This document shows, piece after piece, positions 37,780 to 47,204 of a stretch of DNA of 64,000 nt. The position numbers and the translations under genes are program-made. How positions within the stretch are numbered: the stretch's first letter is position 1; each line of letters begins with the position of its first letter. The notes beneath the pieces were generated by a model that saw nothing but the letters and a program-made list of their open reading frames with translations, was not told the DNA's origin and searched no databases. This stretch comes from Candidatus Krumholzibacteriota bacterium (lineage in GTDB: Bacteria; Krumholzibacteriota; Krumholzibacteriia; JAJRXK01). Location: NCBI GenBank assembly GCA_963764625.1, contig CAVXTH010000006.1, positions 352,001-416,000 on the forward strand. The letters are read 5' to 3'.

Positions 37780-38841
37780 ATGGGGATCTTTCTGGAAGTA
37801 TTGGAATGGTTCGATGAGAGCGGCGAGGAGATGGCCCATCGCCTCCCGCCGGAGGGTTCGGCCGACATAAAGTTCGGCGCTCAGCTCATCGTTCGGGAGA
37901 GTCAACGGGCCGTCTTCTTCAATGGAGGCAAGGTCCGCGACGTGTTCGGCCCCGGTCGACACACGCTGAGCTCGAAGAACCTTCCCCTGATCACCCGGGC
38001 CCTCGCCCTTCCCTGGGGATTCACCAGTCCCTTCCGTTGCGAAGTCTACTTCCTCAACGAGAAGACCTTCACCGATTTGAAATGGGGAACGCGCGAGCCG
38101 GTGATCTTCCACGATCGGCGCCTGGGCAGCGTGCGGCTTCGTGCTTACGGACAGACGACCTTTCGTATCGTGGATCCAGAGCCCTTCATCCACAAGCTCG
38201 TGGGCACGCAGGGAAGCTACACCACGAGCGATTTGACCGACTATCTGCGCGACGTCGTCATCGCACGCCTCAACGACTACCTGGGAGAAAACCTGGACAG
38301 CGTGTTCGATCTGCCCGCGCTCTACGATGAGACCGGAGTCGCGTTGAAGGAGAAACTCGAGGGCGACTTTTCGAAGTACGGGCTCGAGTTGGTGGACTTC
38401 TTCATCACCGCGATCACTCCGCCCGAAGAAGTGGCGAGCATGGTGGATACCCAGGGCGGATTGGCGCTGGTGGACGACATGCCGCGCTACATGCAGTACC
38501 AGCTCGCCAAGGCGATCCGCAAGGGACCGGGCGAGGCTGAGGGCGGTTCACAGACGATGGACGCCGGCATGGGGTTGGGTCTGGGAATGCTAGTTCCCGG
38601 AATGCTCGCAGGTGGCCTCAAGTCCGCCACCGCGCAAGCAACGGTACAATGTCCCGCCTGTCATGCGAGTGTCGCTCCTTCGCGTTTTTGCTCCTCCTGC
38701 GGACACGCTCTGAAGCCGGTGGAAGCGGTGGACTCGGTCTGCGCGGAGTGCCAGGAGAAGCTCCCCAAGGGAGCGAGCTTCTGTCCCTCTTGTGGTGCGG
38801 CGGTCGAGAGAGGTGGCCAAGGCTCGTCGGAGAAGGACTAA
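37780..38841 (+). CDS. SPFH/band-7 domain protein (YdjI-like) with C-terminal double zinc ribbon
   Basis: GAQLIVRESQ.AVF, PGRHTL...NLP, SPF..EVYF, KWGT and VRLRAYG motifs; CPAC/FCSSCG and CAEC/FCPSCG at the C-terminus. Confidence 0.88.
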   Translation: MGIFLEVLEWFDESGEEMAHRLPPEGSADIKFGAQLIVRESQRAVFFNGGKVRDVFGPGRHTLSSKNLPLITRALALPWGFTSPFRCEVYFLNEKTFTDLKWGTREPVIFHDRRLGSVRLRAYGQTTFRIVDPEPFIHKLVGTQGSYTTSDLTDYLRDVVIARLNDYLGENLDSVFDLPALYDETGVALKEKLEGDFSKYGLELVDFFITAITPPEEVASMVDTQGGLALVDDMPRYMQYQLAKAIRKGPGEAEGGSQTMDAGMGLGLGMLVPGMLAGGLKSATAQATVQCPACHASVAPSRFCSSCGHALKPVEAVDSVCAECQEKLPKGASFCPSCGAAVERGGQGSSEKD

Positions 38842-38845
38842 CGCG

Positions 38846-39622
38846 ATGGCGGTGCTGGTCCGCTGTAACCACTGCGGCGCTCCACACCGCGTGGTCGCGG
38901 CCGGAGAGCGATTCCGGTGCGACTACTGCCGGGGATGGAACGTGCTCGAGGACTCCGCGGGGTCGGAGGAGCTGGTCTGTCCCACGACCACCCGTTCCGC
39001 TCGGATCAAGGACTCCGTGCTCCGTCATCTCCATCAGCTTGGGCTGTCCTGTCTTTCGGTGAAGATGGAAGCCAGGGTCCCGTTGCCGGTGTGGCAGCTC
39101 GTCTCGCAGCATGGCGAGGAGTTCTTTCTGCCCGCGGCCTTGCGCAACGAGCCCGTGATCACCGGTCTACAAGCTCCTGCACTTCATCTGGTGTCCCGCG
39201 ATGATCCCAAAGCGCAGGGTTTCGAGATGCCGGCCTCGGCGCTCGAGGTGTCTCAGGACCAGGCGGAGGCAGCCGCTCTGGCCAGCTTTCAGGAACCCGA
39301 TTCGACTCTGCAGAGCGTGCGACTGATTTGGCTCTCTCTGGTTCCGCTGCGCGTTCGCTTCCGGAGCGGAAGCCACACCGGCTTCTATCTGGACGGCGCG
39401 GACAGAGTGCTACTCGGTTCGCTGCCCGATGCGGCCGGTGACGAAGCGCTTCGTCCGGAACTGGCGCTGGGACTCACTGGTTTCTTGGTACTCTGTTTGG
39501 TTCTCGGCGCACTTTGCCGCGAATGGGGAACTCGGATTCTCGTCCTTCTCGCTTGCGCCGGTGCGAGCTGGATTCTCTTCCGTTCGATCCTTCCGGCCTG
39601 GGTCAAGGAGCGTCGGTCGTGA
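38846..39622 (+). CDS. Zinc-ribbon membrane protein (YdjG-like)
   Basis: CNHCGAP...CDYC ribbon, LPVW motif and two C-terminal TM helices. Confidence 0.65.
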   Translation: MAVLVRCNHCGAPHRVVAAGERFRCDYCRGWNVLEDSAGSEELVCPTTTRSARIKDSVLRHLHQLGLSCLSVKMEARVPLPVWQLVSQHGEEFFLPAALRNEPVITGLQAPALHLVSRDDPKAQGFEMPASALEVSQDQAEAAALASFQEPDSTLQSVRLIWLSLVPLRVRFRSGSHTGFYLDGADRVLLGSLPDAAGDEALRPELALGLTGFLVLCLVLGALCREWGTRILVLLACAGASWILFRSILPAWVKERRS

Positions 39623-40599
39623 AGCAGGAGGTTCCACAGCTCAGAATCCGTGGGCTCTCCTGTCCGCGTTGCGCGGGCGCCCTCGAGATGCTCGACGGCG
39701 ATCCCGAGACCATGCGCTGCGGGTACTGTGGTCACCGATTCCTCGATTGGGACGACCGGGGCATCGCCTCCTTCGCTCCCTGCGGGCGTCTGGGTCGACG
39801 GCGTGCCCTCCGGGTTCTGAGGGATGCACTGGACGAAGTCGGGGTGCGCGGCCACGCGGTCGAGGAGGCGCGCCGCTTCCATCTTCCCTTCTGGTTTCTG
39901 GAAGCGAAGCTCGTGGGCTGGCAGAGATATCGACGGCGACGCAAGGCGCAACCGGCCGGGGTCTACGCACCCACCGGTCCCCTGGAGATCGAAGAGGAAA
40001 TCGAGGAGGAGAACTTCGGCCACAACGTGGTGTACTCCACGCCAGCGTGCGACCTGCGCGAGTTTGGCCTCTTGGGAGTTGCGGGGAGAGCCCAGAGATT
40101 GAGCCTGCGTCCCTTCGACATGGAATCGGTCAAAGCGGATGAAACCGTGTGTGCGGTGCTGCGTGCGCGTTCGGTGATCCAGCGCAGGGCGCGGCTCTAC
40201 CACGCAGCGCGAGTGACGCCCAAACTCGCGCGCCATTGCGTCCAGAGGATCCTTCTCGTCCGTCCGAGGATGCGCCTCATCTACTATCCGGTGTGGCGCT
40301 TGCGGTACCGGGCGAGCGGGCATGCGGTGGAGGCCGTGGTGGATGGACTGCGCCCCGAGCTCCTGCGCGGAACCTATCCCGAGAAAGAGAACGACCGCCT
40401 CGTCCAGTGGATTGGCACCGGCGGCGTTTTTGGTCTGACGGCTGGAGTGAATCCGATTCTCGCCACGGCGGGGACGATGGGGTGGGTGCTCTGGCGTCTA
40501 ACCCACGATGAAGTCTCGGGACGGCCTGGTGAACTCGCGGCCTGGCTACGCCGGCAGGTTGGGGGAAAGAGGTTCGCCATCAAGAACTTCAAAAGCTAA
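39619..40599 (+). CDS. Zinc-ribbon membrane protein (YdjG-like)
   Basis: LSCPRCAG...CGYCG ribbon, LPFW and YYPVW...Y......VVDG motifs, C-terminal hydrophobic segment. Confidence 0.7.
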   Translation: MKQEVPQLRIRGLSCPRCAGALEMLDGDPETMRCGYCGHRFLDWDDRGIASFAPCGRLGRRRALRVLRDALDEVGVRGHAVEEARRFHLPFWFLEAKLVGWQRYRRRRKAQPAGVYAPTGPLEIEEEIEEENFGHNVVYSTPACDLREFGLLGVAGRAQRLSLRPFDMESVKADETVCAVLRARSVIQRRARLYHAARVTPKLARHCVQRILLVRPRMRLIYYPVWRLRYRASGHAVEAVVDGLRPELLRGTYPEKENDRLVQWIGTGGVFGLTAGVNPILATAGTMGWVLWRLTHDEVSGRPGELAAWLRRQVGGKRFAIKNFKS

Positions 40600-40611
40600 G
40601 CGAGGTTGACC

Positions 40612-41280
40612 ATGCCATTCATCGATCTGTCATGTCCCACCTGTGGCGCCCCTCTCTCGGGTTCCGCTTCGATCCGGATCTACGTCTGCGAGGCGTGCGC
40701 CACGACCTGCACTCCCCTGGGTGGGGCCAAGGGAAAGGGGACTTCGTCGCCCCTGTGGATTCCTCCGCGCCGACTGCTTCGTCCCCGTCTCGACCTCCCC
40801 GCGCGCGGGTCGATTCTCCTGCTTCCTCTCTGGGTGCTCCCTCTCAAGGAAGGGAAGGAAAACCCGAATCTTCCCTCTGAGCTGCGCGTTCCGGCCGTGG
40901 GCCGAGCCGCCTTCGGGCGACTGGTGGAGACGGCGCGCCGGCTGAGCCGCACCAACTCTCCGCTGGACGAATTCCCCGAGGAGGAGGCCAGGCCCATCCC
41001 GCGCCCGCCGCAGGGAGAGCTCGAGGTGGAAGAGGCCTACGCGATCGCGGAGATCGTGGCCCTCGGCCAGGTCAAGGGATGGCCCTCCGACGAAGAGGCG
41101 AAGTCGTGGGAGCCCAAATTCGGGCCGCTGCGGCTGGTGGATCTCCCCTGCGCGGAGGCCGGGGGCGGTCTCATGGATCTGGTGTTCGGATTGGCGGTCG
41201 ATTCGGCCCTCCGGCGGGTCCTGGAACCCCTCGACGCTCGCGCCCGCCTCGAGGGTGGGCTGGTCGAGTCTCCCGCCTAG
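40612..41280 (+). CDS. Zinc-ribbon protein (YdjG-like, soluble)
   Basis: LSCPTCGAPL...CEAC ribbon and LPLW motif. Confidence 0.65.
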   Translation: MPFIDLSCPTCGAPLSGSASIRIYVCEACATTCTPLGGAKGKGTSSPLWIPPRRLLRPRLDLPARGSILLLPLWVLPLKEGKENPNLPSELRVPAVGRAAFGRLVETARRLSRTNSPLDEFPEEEARPIPRPPQGELEVEEAYAIAEIVALGQVKGWPSDEEAKSWEPKFGPLRLVDLPCAEAGGGLMDLVFGLAVDSALRRVLEPLDARARLEGGLVESPA

Positions 41281-41360
41281 AGTTCGGGAACTCGGCCAGG
41301 ACCGATTGCGTAGAAGAATCACTGCGCTGGCGTGAGAGTCAGATTCTTCATGCACTGAAA

Positions 41361-41398
41361 GCGGCCCCCGCTCACCTCCCGGGGGCCGTTTCGTTTCT
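41361..41398 (+). terminator. Intrinsic terminator
   Basis: GCGGCCCCCG...CGGGGGCCGT stem followed by TTCGTTTC. Confidence 0.6.
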
Positions 41399-41489
41399 CG
41401 CGAAGAATCGGTCTCGCCTGTATCCTTCAGGCGCCCCGGGGACCCTTTCCATCGTTTTTTGGGTACCCATTGGCTGGAAAGGATCTTCA

Positions 41490-42410
41490 ATGGCCATTCG
41501 ACGGTGTCTCCCCACTCTGCTCGCCCTCGCCGCCCTTCTGGCATCCGTGGCCGCCAAGGCCGACGCCCCGAGCACGCGATTTTTCTTTGCCCCCCGTGAC
41601 GGGGAGGTGTGGATCGAAAAGCTGGTGGACATCCGGACCACGGACCCCGGTGGCGATGCCGCGCTGCAAACAGAACACACCACGGAAGTGGATACGCTTC
41701 TCTTCGCCAAGCAGGGAGAGGGGTGGCGGGTCACCCGCATCATGGGACCGGCCAGAATGGAGGTGAGCGGGCAGCCCTTCGACAATCCCATCCTGAAGAT
41801 TTCGCGTGGCACCCACATCGAGTTGAGCTGTGACGAAAATGGCGTGGCGCACGAGGTGAGAGGCTTCCGCCTTCTGTTGCGGAAGCTCGAGCGCTCGTTG
41901 AGTCCGGAGGTGTGGGCCAAGTATCAGAGTAGCGTCACGCTCCAGGGCGTCCAACGCTCCGAAATGCGCCGCTGGAACCTGCGGCGAGGAGGATTGATCG
42001 GGGCGGAAGCGCAGGATGGCGAAATCTGGAATTTCCAGAGTTTCTTTCCCTCGGCCATGGGTTACTTGGAAGTGCGCGGCACGATTCGCTTCGGCGGAAT
42101 GATCGACTTCGAAGGCCGGCAGGGCTACAAGCTCTTCCTCGATTTCGCCACCGGCAGCAAGGACCTCACCAGCAAGGATGCCACGAAGGAGGTCGATCTC
42201 AGGCCGGCCGGATACACCTTGAGCAACTCCGACGAGTACGGACTCGAGGGATCGACCGTCCGGGTGATCGATCCCACGACCGGGCACATGCTCTACGAGA
42301 ACACCAAGGTGAGTTGGAAGGTGCCCGAGATGCGCGGGGGGGAGAAGATGGTGGGAAAGACCCTGCAGATGACCTATCGGCTCGAGCCGCTTTCTCAGAG
42401 TTCCCCGTGA
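41490..42410 (+). CDS. Exported hypothetical protein (beta-rich)
   Basis: Sec signal peptide MAIRRCLPTLLALAALLASVAAKA; AAAGGA RBS. Confidence 0.7.
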   Translation: MAIRRCLPTLLALAALLASVAAKADAPSTRFFFAPRDGEVWIEKLVDIRTTDPGGDAALQTEHTTEVDTLLFAKQGEGWRVTRIMGPARMEVSGQPFDNPILKISRGTHIELSCDENGVAHEVRGFRLLLRKLERSLSPEVWAKYQSSVTLQGVQRSEMRRWNLRRGGLIGAEAQDGEIWNFQSFFPSAMGYLEVRGTIRFGGMIDFEGRQGYKLFLDFATGSKDLTSKDATKEVDLRPAGYTLSNSDEYGLEGSTVRVIDPTTGHMLYENTKVSWKVPEMRGGEKMVGKTLQMTYRLEPLSQSSP

Positions 42411-42453
42411 ACGACTTCAAAGGTCCTCGCTCTTGGAGTAGGATCGATCCGCG

Positions 42454-43836
42454 ATGACTGAGCGTGTCTCCCCCGAATCGACGCAAAACGACTCGTTGGC
42501 TCTCTGCATGGCCCAACGTGACAACATGCGTGCGATCTTCGACAGCGTGGCCGACGGCATCTTCACCATCGACACCAGCCTCTACGTCACCAATGCCAAC
42601 GAATCGTTCCGGGAAATGGTGCGCTGCCCGTCGGAGTTGAAGACCTCCTGTGCCATCGCCGACCTCTTCCGCGTGGAGGGTGGCGCGCTCGAAGAACTCC
42701 TCGGGAGAACCCTCAAAGGAGAGAAAATCCGCCAGGAAGACGTCGAGATCCGGCCGGTAAAAGGTGGCACTCTGGTGGCGACTCTGCAGGCAGCGCCCCT
42801 CCATGACGAGGAAGGAAAGGTGGGGGGCGCGGTGGTTGTTCTACACGACGTGACCCGCATGCGTTCGCTCGAAGACGACCTGCGTCTGGCAAGTGGTCCC
42901 CAGGGCCTGGTGGGTAAAAACGTGCGGATGCTGGAGATCTACCAGCTCATCGAGCAACTCGCGGACAATGACGTGAGTGTTCTCATCACCGGTGAAAGCG
43001 GCACGGGAAAGGAGGTCGTCGCTTCGGCGATTCACGCGCGCAGCCATCGTCGCGAGCGGCCCTTCGTGCGCGTGAATTGCGCGGCCCTCAGTGAAACCCT
43101 GCTCGAGAGTGAACTCTTCGGGCACGTGCGTGGGGCCTTCACCGGGGCCATCCGGGACCGCAAGGGTCGCTTCGAGGTGGCGCATCGGGGGACCATCTTC
43201 CTGGATGAAGTCGGCGCGGTGAGTCTCGAGGTGCAAAAGAGGCTCTTGCGCGTGCTTCAGGAGCGTCAATTCGAACGGGTGGGAGAGGAGAACACGCAAG
43301 AGGTCGACGTGCGCGTCATCGCGGCCACGAACGCCGACTTGAAAGCGATGGTGGTGGAAGGCAGCTTCCGCGAGGACCTCTACTATCGATTGAACGTGGT
43401 GCACCTGCACATCCCTGCCTTGCGCGAACGACGTGAGGACATTCCCTCTCTGGCCGAGCACTTACTGAAGCGCCATGCGGATTCCATGGGCCGGGGCCGG
43501 ATGAGTTTCGATGCCGAGGCGCTTTCGCTTCTCATGGCCTTTCGGTGGGAGGGGAACGTACGGCAGCTTGAGAACGCGGTGCTGCGCGCGCTGGTGGTGT
43601 CCAGGGGACGGGTGATTCGCCCCCAGCATCTGCCGCCTGAGATCCTCAAGGCGGCCGGCGCGTCGCCGGCGGGAGGCGCCCCCCGTGACCCGAACGCCCT
43701 CTCGGCCTCCCAGGCCGAGCTGCTGCGCGCCCTGGCGGAGGCGGACGGAAACCTGGGACGCGCGGCCCGGAAGCTGGGGATCCACCGCACCACTCTGTGG
43801 CGCCGCCTGAAGAAGCACGGCCTCAGGCCCCGCTGA
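42454..43836 (+). CDS. PAS-domain sigma54-dependent transcriptional activator (Fis-type HTH)
   Basis: PAS domain, GESGTGKE, ESELFGH..GAFTGA, FLDEVG, FREDLYYRL and AARKLGIHRTTLWRRL motifs. Confidence 0.93.
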   Translation: MTERVSPESTQNDSLALCMAQRDNMRAIFDSVADGIFTIDTSLYVTNANESFREMVRCPSELKTSCAIADLFRVEGGALEELLGRTLKGEKIRQEDVEIRPVKGGTLVATLQAAPLHDEEGKVGGAVVVLHDVTRMRSLEDDLRLASGPQGLVGKNVRMLEIYQLIEQLADNDVSVLITGESGTGKEVVASAIHARSHRRERPFVRVNCAALSETLLESELFGHVRGAFTGAIRDRKGRFEVAHRGTIFLDEVGAVSLEVQKRLLRVLQERQFERVGEENTQEVDVRVIAATNADLKAMVVEGSFREDLYYRLNVVHLHIPALRERREDIPSLAEHLLKRHADSMGRGRMSFDAEALSLLMAFRWEGNVRQLENAVLRALVVSRGRVIRPQHLPPEILKAAGASPAGGAPRDPNALSASQAELLRALAEADGNLGRAARKLGIHRTTLWRRLKKHGLRPR

Positions 43837-43845
43837 TCCCGAAGA

Positions 43846-43898
43846 GTTGCAGGCGCGCAACAATGTTGCGGTTATGTTGCGCAACATAACGCAACATT
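43846..43898. promoter_or_regulatory. Palindromic upstream activator sequence (putative bEBP enhancer)
   Basis: Perfect 20-bp palindrome GTTATGTTGCGCAACATAAC (43871-43890) nested in AATGTTGC...GCAACATT, plus further GTTGC/GCAAC half-sites. Confidence 0.65.
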
Positions 43899-44001
43899 TT
43901 CTATTCGCTAAAGCTGAGTACTTTTTTTCTTCCAGCTGCTAAGTTTATTGACTCCAAATGATTAAACGGGGATTGCATTTTCCGTTCGCGCGGACCATGT
44001 T

Positions 44002-44016
44002 CGGTACGTTCATTGC
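44002..44016 (+). promoter_or_regulatory. Sigma54 (-24/-12) promoter
   Basis: CGGTACGTTCATTGC: GG-N10-GC, ~35 nt before the MMPL start and ~110-140 bp downstream of the palindrome. Confidence 0.65.
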
Positions 44017-44050
44017 GCTAGGCAGCGCAAACTCCCACAAAGGACCGGAC

Positions 44051-47000
44051 GTGAAAAATCCCCTGACCGAATTCGCCATCGCTCATCCCAAGTGGGTGGT
44101 CACGCTCAGTATCCTCATCACTCTGGGCTTCCTGGTGCAGTTTCCGCGCATCAAGATCGACACCGATCCCGAGAACATGCTGCCCGCGAACGAGCCGACG
44201 CGCGTCTTCCATCACGAACTCAAGGAGACTTTCAACCTGAACGATTTCCTGGTGCTGGGAATGGTGCGCGATGCCGGCATGTTCCATCCCGCGCCGCTGG
44301 CCAGGGTGGCCGCGATCACCTCGGAAATCCTGGATCTGGATGGAGTGGTGGCCGACGACGTGATGGCTCCCACCGAGGTCGACGACATCTCGATCGAGGA
44401 GGGGGGAATCCTCAGGGTGGCCCCGTTGATGGAAGAGGCCCCCGAGGATGAAGCCGGCGCCGCACGCATTCTCTCGCGCATCAAGGCGAGCGCGATCCTG
44501 CGAGGAAAACTCGCGAGCGATGATGGCACCACGATCGCGCTGTTCATTCCGATCGAGGACAAAACTCGCTCCTACGAGATCGGACAGGAAATCACCGAGA
44601 TCGTGAAACGCCATCAGGGCGACGAGAAGTACTATCTGGCGGGCCTTCCCATGGCGGAGGACACCTTCGGCTCGGCCATGTTCAAACAGATGGCGGTGTC
44701 GGCCCCGCTCGCCATGATCATCCTCTTTCTGCTCATGTTGTATTTCTTTCGCAACCTGCGGATGGTTCTCACCGCGATGGCGCTGGCCATGATGTCGGTG
44801 ATCTGGGGAATGGGCGCCCTCATCGGCACCGGAAATACGGTGCACATCATGAGCTCGATGATCCCAATCTTCCTCATCCCCATCGCCATCTTGCCTTCGA
44901 TTCACATTCTCACCGAGATGATCGATCACCGGGCCCGCGCCGTCACGGTGGGGGATGCCGTGCGGTCGGCGATGGGGCATCTGTTCAAACCCGTTCTGTT
45001 CACCACGATCACCACCGTGGTGGGCTTCGTGAGTCTCATGATGACTCCGATTCCTCCGGTACAGGTTTTCGGAGCGTTCGTCGGCTTCGGAATCGTGGGA
45101 GCCTGGGTGCTCTCCATGACCTTCCTGCCCGCGATGGTGATGCTGGAGACCCACCGGGGCACCGAGCCTCTGCACGAGCACGACGCCGAGTATTCAGCGC
45201 TGGCGCATTACCTGCAAAAAGTTCGGGCTCTGGCCATCAGGGGTCGCTGGGTCATCACCATTGCTTCGGTGGTCCTGTTCGCGTTGTCCATCTTTGGCTT
45301 GACCAAGGTCCAGGTGAACGACAACCCGGTTCGCTGGTTCAAGGCGGGACATCCTCTGCGGGTGGCGGACCGGGTTATGAACAAGCACCTGGCCGGCACC
45401 TATCTCGGCTACGTGGAATTGCAATCGAAAGACGACGGCCGGATGAAGGATCCCAAGGTCATGAAGTGGATCGAGGGATTCCAGCGGCATCTCGGGCAAC
45501 ACGAGAACGTGGGAGCGACGACCTCGGTGGCGGACGTGGTGAAGAAGGTGAATTTCGAGCTGGCCTTCGAGGACTCCTCCAAGCTCGTTCTGCCCGACGA
45601 TCGAAACGCCATCGCGCAATCCCTGTTCCTCTACGAGATGAGCGGAGGAAGTCCGGACGATCTCTACCACTTCATCACCCCTACCGCGAACGCGGCCAAC
45701 ATCTGGGTTCAGATGCGGGCCGGCGAGAACTCCGAGGTCTCGTCGGTGGTCGACTTCGCTGACGAGTACGTCGCCGCTCATCCGCTGCCCGAAGGGGTTT
45801 CAATGGGGTGGGGAGGACTGGCCTACGTGAATATCGTGTGGCAGGAGAAGATGGTGGCCGGTATGGCCAAGGCGCTCTTTGGATCGTTCGTCGTGGTGTT
45901 CCTCATGATGACCTTCCTCTTCCGCTCGTTTCTCTGGGGAGTCGTTTCCATGCTTCCCCTCACCGGCACCATCGCGCTCATCTACGGCATGCTCGGTTTC
46001 ACCGGGAAGTACTACGACATGCCGGTGGCGGTGCTGTCCTCACTCACCCTAGGGCTCTCGATCGACTTCGCAATCCACTTCATTCAGCGAAGCCGGGAGC
46101 TTCACAAGACCACCCAAGATTTCCAGGAGACGATGAGAATGACTTTCGATTCGACCGGACGGGCAATTTTCCGGAACGTTCTGGTGCTTGCCATCGGGTT
46201 CGTACCCATGTTTTTCGCCTCTCTTACTCCGTACTTCACGGTGGGGTTGTTCTTCTTCCTCATCATGACGATCAGCGGCGCGGTGACCTTGCTGCTCTTG
46301 CCGGCCATCACCGCCCTTCGTCCCGAGATCTTCTACCGCAACACACAAGGGGCCCCCTCCGGAAAGCTGGCGATGCTCGCGGTGGGCCTGAGCAGCCTGG
46401 CCCTCGCGGGTTCGATCGGCGTCTCGAGCGCGAGAGCGCAGAGTGTCGACGCGGCGAAGATCATGGAGAAGAGCCATATCGCGTACTACTACGCGGGTGA
46501 CGACGGACGCAGCCTGGTCAAGATGACTCTGGTGGACAAGAAGGGAAAAGAGCGGATTCGCGAATTCACCATGTTGCGACTCGACGTGAAGGACGGCGGC
46601 GAGCAGCGCTACTACACCTATTTCTCGAAGCCGGCCGACGTGCGTCGCACCACCTTCATGGTCATCAAGCACGTGCCGGGAGATGACGACCGATGGATCT
46701 ACATTCCCGCGCTCGACCTGGTGCGCCGCCTCTCCGCCAACGACAAGAACTCCTCCTTCGTGGGCAGCGATTTCACCTATGAGGACGTATCGGGACGCCA
46801 CTGGACCGACGACGATCACACTTTCGTGCGCGAGGACGAGCTGAATGGGCACAAGGTGTGGGTGATCGACAGTATTCCCAAGGACAAGTCGGATTGGGTG
46901 AAGAAGACCTCGTACATCGATCAAGCGACCTACTTGCCGCTCAAGGAAGAATACTTCGACGACAAGGGCGAGGCCTTCCGTGAATTCACCGCCGACAAGA

Positions 47001-47170
47001 TCGAGGATATCCAGGGCATTCCGACCGTCACGGTGCGCACCATGAAGAACCTGAAGAAGAATCAGCACACGACGGTGGAGTTCATGAAGATCGAGTATGA
47101 CTTGGGTATTCCCCAGGACATTTTCCAGGAACGTTACTTGAAGAACCCTCCGCGCGAATACCTCGACTGA
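44051..47170 (+). CDS. MMPL/RND transporter fused to a C-terminal LolA-like (outer-membrane lipoprotein-sorting type) domain
   Basis: Two RND halves (GLSIDFAIHF); C-terminal PADVR.T.F....DDRW.Y.PA...VRR.....K..SF.GSDFTYED domain. GTG start with AAGGA RBS. Confidence 0.88.
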   Translation: MKNPLTEFAIAHPKWVVTLSILITLGFLVQFPRIKIDTDPENMLPANEPTRVFHHELKETFNLNDFLVLGMVRDAGMFHPAPLARVAAITSEILDLDGVVADDVMAPTEVDDISIEEGGILRVAPLMEEAPEDEAGAARILSRIKASAILRGKLASDDGTTIALFIPIEDKTRSYEIGQEITEIVKRHQGDEKYYLAGLPMAEDTFGSAMFKQMAVSAPLAMIILFLLMLYFFRNLRMVLTAMALAMMSVIWGMGALIGTGNTVHIMSSMIPIFLIPIAILPSIHILTEMIDHRARAVTVGDAVRSAMGHLFKPVLFTTITTVVGFVSLMMTPIPPVQVFGAFVGFGIVGAWVLSMTFLPAMVMLETHRGTEPLHEHDAEYSALAHYLQKVRALAIRGRWVITIASVVLFALSIFGLTKVQVNDNPVRWFKAGHPLRVADRVMNKHLAGTYLGYVELQSKDDGRMKDPKVMKWIEGFQRHLGQHENVGATTSVADVVKKVNFELAFEDSSKLVLPDDRNAIAQSLFLYEMSGGSPDDLYHFITPTANAANIWVQMRAGENSEVSSVVDFADEYVAAHPLPEGVSMGWGGLAYVNIVWQEKMVAGMAKALFGSFVVVFLMMTFLFRSFLWGVVSMLPLTGTIALIYGMLGFTGKYYDMPVAVLSSLTLGLSIDFAIHFIQRSRELHKTTQDFQETMRMTFDSTGRAIFRNVLVLAIGFVPMFFASLTPYFTVGLFFFLIMTISGAVTLLLLPAITALRPEIFYRNTQGAPSGKLAMLAVGLSSLALAGSIGVSSARAQSVDAAKIMEKSHIAYYYAGDDGRSLVKMTLVDKKGKERIREFTMLRLDVKDGGEQRYYTYFSKPADVRRTTFMVIKHVPGDDDRWIYIPALDLVRRLSANDKNSSFVGSDFTYEDVSGRHWTDDDHTFVREDELNGHKVWVIDSIPKDKSDWVKKTSYIDQATYLPLKEEYFDDKGEAFREFTADKIEDIQGIPTVTVRTMKNLKKNQHTTVEFMKIEYDLGIPQDIFQERYLKNPPREYLD

Positions 47171-47204
47171 GAACGGGTCTGGACTCCAAAGGGGAAGAGA
47201 AACG

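Noticed and set aside
36025-38193. 722-aa minus-strand ORF and other long antisense ORFs (e.g. 28143-29843, 57594-59240, 760-2034)
   Set aside because: Shadow ORFs caused by high GC3 on the opposite coding strand; no motifs, and they overlap well-supported genes.
43862-43898. Palindrome considered as a dif site, CRISPR repeat or terminator
   Set aside because: Single copy, no spacers, no 11-6-11 dif layout. Its position relative to a sigma54 promoter fits an enhancer better.
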